This document shows, piece by piece, positions 61,301 through 64,000 of a stretch of DNA of 64,000 nt; the first letter of the stretch is position 1; each line of letters opens with the position of its first letter. The stretch is from NCBI GenBank assembly GCA_049322955.1, contig JBMOPU010000012.1:147581-211580 (forward strand). The letters are read 5' to 3'. This stretch comes from Patescibacteria group bacterium (lineage in GTDB: Bacteria; Patescibacteriota; Microgenomatia; UBA10105; UBA927). A program made the position numbers and the translations under genes. The notes beneath the pieces were generated by a model that was not told where the DNA came from, searched no databases, and was given only the letters and a program-made list of their open reading frames with translations.

Positions 61301-64000
61301 TTCAGCAGGTCATTACCGGGGATGTCGATATGACCAAAATTGATAATGATCTGAGCAACCCCCTTGCAAAACCCATGTTGCTTGCCCTTAACGTGGCGCA
61401 GAAGGCGGCGCCTATCATTACCTTCGGGCTTGTCGACAACCTCACACCGAACCTTACGAACATGCAGAGTGCCGCAACCGCGGAAAATGTCATCACCTAT
61501 GCAGAGAAAGTAAATCCCGAGCTTATCACGACCCGGGTGAACATGATTAAAACAGATGCGGAAGAAAGTGCCGCCTATGAAGCGTGGAAAGCTACCCAAA
61601 AGACAGGGAGCGACACCTCGGAAAAAGCCTATCTTACCGATCTGTATGCCCAGGCGGTGGCGACAACCGTCAATGCAAAACTCGGTGAGTATGAACTCGA
61701 CGGCGCGGCGGAATTTTTTGCCACCAATCCCGATTGGTTAACCAATAGTGTGCTCAATGGTACCGATGGACTCAATACCTTTTACCAAAATCTTGAAGAA
61801 TCCAAGGCAAAACAGGATGCCGCTTATGCGGAATTCCTAAAGGACAACAGCCAAGATCGGGCGGAGACATATACCCAAAAACTTGAAACCATTGCAAACG
61901 AACAGGCTGAGTTATTCACCGATGTCCTGACAAAAAGCATCACCGATGAACAGAAGGTTGAGCTTGCCGCAAAATTGGACACCAAAGGGATCAATCAGTC
62001 TGCCGATGACTATATTCATGACCAAGTGAATGCGTACCTGAAGAGCTCGGATGTGCGGGCATTTTTGGCATCGGGCGGCATCGAATCATCGATTGACTCG
62101 GTCATAAACGGCGACTTTAATGCCGTTGCGGCACAAAACGCCTATAACGGTTTATCCGACGGCGATAAGTTTTTGGTTTCGTTAAACGCCTTCACCGACG
62201 GCAAAAAACTGGAGTCGGTCATCGAACAGGGACAACTTAAACAGCAATACCAAAACGGTGAAATCAACTGGGGTGAGTATGCGGCGCGGACCGCGTGGGC
62301 GGAAGTCAAGGGAGATGCTAAGGTGGTAGGCACGGCACTTGCACTTGCGGCGCCACCGCTTCGTGTTGCTCAGCTTGGCGCGGCGGCATTTACGGTTCCC
62401 TCGGTGTTAAGTATCACGGGAGAAGCGCTCGGGTTTCAGATGACCGGCACGAGTTTGGCCGATACCGCAACCAACTGTACTTTCCGCGAAGATCAGAATG
62501 ATGCCGCATGTTTAACAAGTGCAGGGATGACTGCCTTTGCGGCATGGAGTACCGCTTCATCAATAAGCGGGCTCAATCAGGCGGCACGGGCATCTCAGCT
62601 TAATCGGCTGAGCTTGATCGCTCCTAAAGAAACGGCACTGGTAAAGGTATCGCAAATAACTAACGGCACGGAAGCAATCACCACCCAACTTGTTGACGAC
62701 GCGACGACCTCCGTTGCCAAAGCATTCACTCCAAAGGCTCCCAATGTCATCGCCGAACGGGCACGGAACGCGTTGGGAACCGTCGTGTTCGGATCGCAGG
62801 CGGCACAAACCTGTTCGCAGACAGGGTTTAATGCCGATTGTATTCTCTCGATGAGTATGGCGGGAGTATCGCTGGCGCGTACCGTTATGCCGGCAACCGC
62901 GATAGTGAACCCCACCACACAGGCATCGCAAGCGGTGGTGCGAACCGATCAGGTGGTCAACGGGTTACAGGCATTGACCGCCTGTTCCGCCGCCGCCACC
63001 GGTCAGGCAAAATGGGATAACTGTGTGACGACCGCCATGATGGCGGGGATGTCGTTTGGTCCTGATCTTGCCAAGCAATCCACCGAGGGACCCTCGACAT
63101 TCACCAACCCTTTTGAGGCAAAACAATTGGCGCTCGGCGATTTGCAACTTATTGACGGGCTCAAAAACTATACCAACCTTGATACCGTAACGCTTTCTGA
63201 CGGACAGACGGTGAAATTCGCCGATCAGGCGACCGCCCGCACCCAGGTGTTGCAAACCTTGGGGAGAGCGGTTGTCGAGTCAGGGAGGGCGTTATCGCAG
63301 ACGCAATTTGCGGTAAGCGAGATTCTTGCCGACAGAACGATTCCTAAAGATGTCGCAGAACAATCGTTTGCACAGCGGCAACTTCTCCAGGCCGCCGATA
63401 CCTGGAATAAAATGGTCAACCCCGACGGATCAATAAAAAGCACGATTGAAGTTGACGGCGTGGTCAAACCCATCACCTCGGAGATGATAGACGGTGCAAG
63501 AAAAAGCATTGATATCGCACAACAACAGGTGCAGGTAGAACAAGCACTCATGGAAAATCCGCGCACGCCCATGCAACAGCTTGGTGACTCCATTGCCAAA
63601 GCACTCAATCGTGAAGCGACGCAAATTAAGGACTTTGAGGCGGCACAACAGCGATTTGCGGAAGCGGCAAAGGCCGCAGACACCAATCCGGTTGAATACG
63701 AAGTCGCCAGGCAGGCACTTGAAAAGGCCAAAACGGGGATTGAACGCATGGGATATACCCGTGCGCAAGCCGAGTATGCCAGCGATCTTGATGCCGCCCG
63801 TGAAGCGCTGACCAAAGCGCAGGATGACGCGGGGATAATAAAAATCCGCGTAGAACTTTTGCAGGAACCGGATCTTATTGTCGAAGCATTGACGAGACAG
63901 GCGCAGGTTGTCAATGATGCAGGACAACAGCTTGCTGATCTGCTGGCGGCAAAAGCGAGCCCCGAGGCAATTAAGGTTGCCCAGGACGGACTTGCGAGAT
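58366..64000 (+). CDS. giant secreted/surface protein (partial; more than 1,870 codons; continues beyond the window end)
   Basis: One frame is open from the stop at 58201-58203 to base 64000 with no stop. An N-terminal signal-anchor-like helix (LPLVLLMLFAGSTFFIIA) is followed by Thr/Pro-rich linkers (TPKVTPS, TPKPT repeats), several Cys-rich modules (DCFPNCKELCQYG; DCTIWGGENGCGNCPGGKW), and a long helical Ala/Gln/Glu-rich region. The start is uncertain (TTG 58366, GTG 58375 or ATG 58384). It is not in the supplied ORF list. Confidence 0.8.
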   Translation, partial: MPLVLLMLFAGSTFFIIARVQKERTGEIRQFAQSGAYASPTAKTTATPKVTPSVTISPTPKPDPCRYLTGTALSSCRSVNPLPSATRTPTKSPTPTKTVTPVVTTRVYTSMTASECSGRRGTYNPTTRTCTISVTPIPTIKVNSSSSQLVYVLNKQTGGCSPRLGSAVKSTDETYQSSALCVTASWNQGIAQGAASPKANTTIPPKLASGQSSGAPVPPPGTGIGVGAGVGFEIPITFTASVVNWFQNTFGKGTTPTPSPLATGTTPRVTPKPTIAPGQDCFPNCKELCQYGSSGIFGWAKCDAKPTDTPKPVAKSGTTPTVTPKPTLKPGADCTIWGGENGCGNCPGGKWKPGLNAVCESAAPASTPPKTPATTVTTAPVAAVVQPTVTPIIPTVTIKPASTITPSPSAKPKPKVSCGGAGDVPISEGSVATGEQYGPATAMNDNQRWRCVPDPKNPNVGKWEQCPGCPLTVISSSANLAEEYKKESAAFAETVNKMAADVYACGTSASCKNEVYAKYGVSAESQAYQDMAKNQVTEQVKLYQSQDTYFENREKWDLCKAQQANDANCEGYIQAANNALAAAGLDPVATAAQLELTYHNYVVNKASSLYLMAESAYASCVEDKKTNSGLDCSGLQKNAAAALAYPGTTAADQASISKLYKDYKTASDYVYQSNQEICGTCTPAQANALRQQHLAASGLSDSYQAGLLEGWQSQIVNLVKGNGPGSEMAICKEVIGTSACNSLESARTALKGAVSLAQQTELQARFAQNDVAVTSGTGSIAMGNPGSAYADALSAYKAEQIKGGDYADRIKTEEQWEKEFDAYQQGIWEELKPIYAAQGKDALIEAKIAQGLLVPSEIKEEYFSTYPQWVYDMQPGWENFWNSVKKPFVSENSDIAKYQAQGQTEMLSLNPANQAAVFAQVNSSDAYKDWLKTAEIDKTIPPEEQFIEHQLELFYGNKAYLDIAKGNYEPGTESERIFFQQVITGDVDMTKIDNDLSNPLAKPMLLALNVAQKAAPIITFGLVDNLTPNLTNMQSAATAENVITYAEKVNPELITTRVNMIKTDAEESAAYEAWKATQKTGSDTSEKAYLTDLYAQAVATTVNAKLGEYELDGAAEFFATNPDWLTNSVLNGTDGLNTFYQNLEESKAKQDAAYAEFLKDNSQDRAETYTQKLETIANEQAELFTDVLTKSITDEQKVELAAKLDTKGINQSADDYIHDQVNAYLKSSDVRAFLASGGIESSIDSVINGDFNAVAAQNAYNGLSDGDKFLVSLNAFTDGKKLESVIEQGQLKQQYQNGEINWGEYAARTAWAEVKGDAKVVGTALALAAPPLRVAQLGAAAFTVPSVLSITGEALGFQMTGTSLADTATNCTFREDQNDAACLTSAGMTAFAAWSTASSISGLNQAARASQLNRLSLIAPKETALVKVSQITNGTEAITTQLVDDATTSVAKAFTPKAPNVIAERARNALGTVVFGSQAAQTCSQTGFNADCILSMSMAGVSLARTVMPATAIVNPTTQASQAVVRTDQVVNGLQALTACSAAATGQAKWDNCVTTAMMAGMSFGPDLAKQSTEGPSTFTNPFEAKQLALGDLQLIDGLKNYTNLDTVTLSDGQTVKFADQATARTQVLQTLGRAVVESGRALSQTQFAVSEILADRTIPKDVAEQSFAQRQLLQAADTWNKMVNPDGSIKSTIEVDGVVKPITSEMIDGARKSIDIAQQQVQVEQALMENPRTPMQQLGDSIAKALNREATQIKDFEAAQQRFAEAAKAADTNPVEYEVARQALEKAKTGIERMGYTRAQAEYASDLDAAREALTKAQDDAGIIKIRVELLQEPDLIVEALTRQAQVVNDAGQQLADLLAAKASPEAIKVAQDGLAR

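Noticed and set aside
58338-63927. Minus-strand ORFs 58338-58730, 59232-59642, 59569-60144, 61084-61599, 63225-63914 and others, plus short plus-strand ORFs in other frames
   Set aside because: They are shadow ORFs opposite to, or out of frame with, the single uninterrupted plus-strand giant reading frame. They show odd Cys/Arg-rich composition and no start signals.

Overview
This 64-kb window is a chromosomal segment from a bacterium with small, tightly packed genes and strong GGAGG-type ribosome-binding sites. An ATP-dependent DNA ligase, an intron-like insertion in the 23S rRNA, an rRNA operon with no 16S, and many short unknown genes fit an uncultivated CPR/Patescibacteria-like organism; that placement is inference only.

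Walking the window start to end:
- 1-11 kb: the 3' end of recF, an NAD(P)H-hydrate dehydratase, a Fic/Doc protein, an ATP-dependent DNA ligase, GT2 and GT4 glycosyltransferases, a phosphoribosyltransferase-like protein, peptidyl-tRNA hydrolase and several small membrane proteins.
- 11-17.5 kb: a redox/copper island with an SDR, a VKOR-family protein, a Crp/Fnr regulator, a csoR-DUF305-copA operon on the minus strand, and a divergent permease/cupredoxin-like gene translationally coupled to copZ. A CsoR-type GC palindrome sits in the shared promoter region.
- 17.6-21 kb: trxA, trxB, an FNR-type flavoprotein and glutamate dehydrogenase.
- 21.1-31.9 kb, continuing at 36.2-37.7 kb: the main candidate for a novel system. 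It is a run of unknown, mostly basic Ala/Lys/Gly-rich proteins, several with GxxxG glycine-zipper segments. Many are followed by a small (about 90-110 aa) acidic partner, and three of those partners are clear paralogs. One large ABC-exporter-like protein with an unusually non-hydrophobic N-terminal domain is embedded in the cluster.
- 31.9-36.1 kb: a 16S-less rRNA transcription unit interrupts this cluster. It runs promoter, hairpin, tRNA-Ala(UGC), boxA, 23S, 5S, terminator. The 23S carries an ORF-less insertion of about 404 nt near the sarcin-ricin-loop region, with group-I-intron hallmarks.
- 37.8-44.4 kb: rpsA, radA, a PIN-TRAM protein, a pair of DnaA boxes beside an AT-rich tract, an orphan promoter/56-aa-ORF/terminator unit, and a promoter-leader-terminator element upstream of a hypothetical gene.
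- 44.4-54.3 kb: a glycosylation-type membrane locus with a GT4, three large polytopic GT-C-like proteins, an FAD oxidoreductase and a divergent DUF2298 'YYY' membrane protein.
- 54.5-58 kb: rho with an RGG-rich insertion, a LysM-M23 peptidase, and tRNA-Ala(GGC) plus tRNA-Ala(CGC).
- 58.4 kb to the window end: a giant ORF of more than 1,870 codons (secreted, Thr/Pro-linker and Cys-module rich) that runs off the window. The supplied ORF track does not list it.

No CRISPR array, transposase or integrase was seen. All calls rest on motif recognition by eye; I could not run any homology search.
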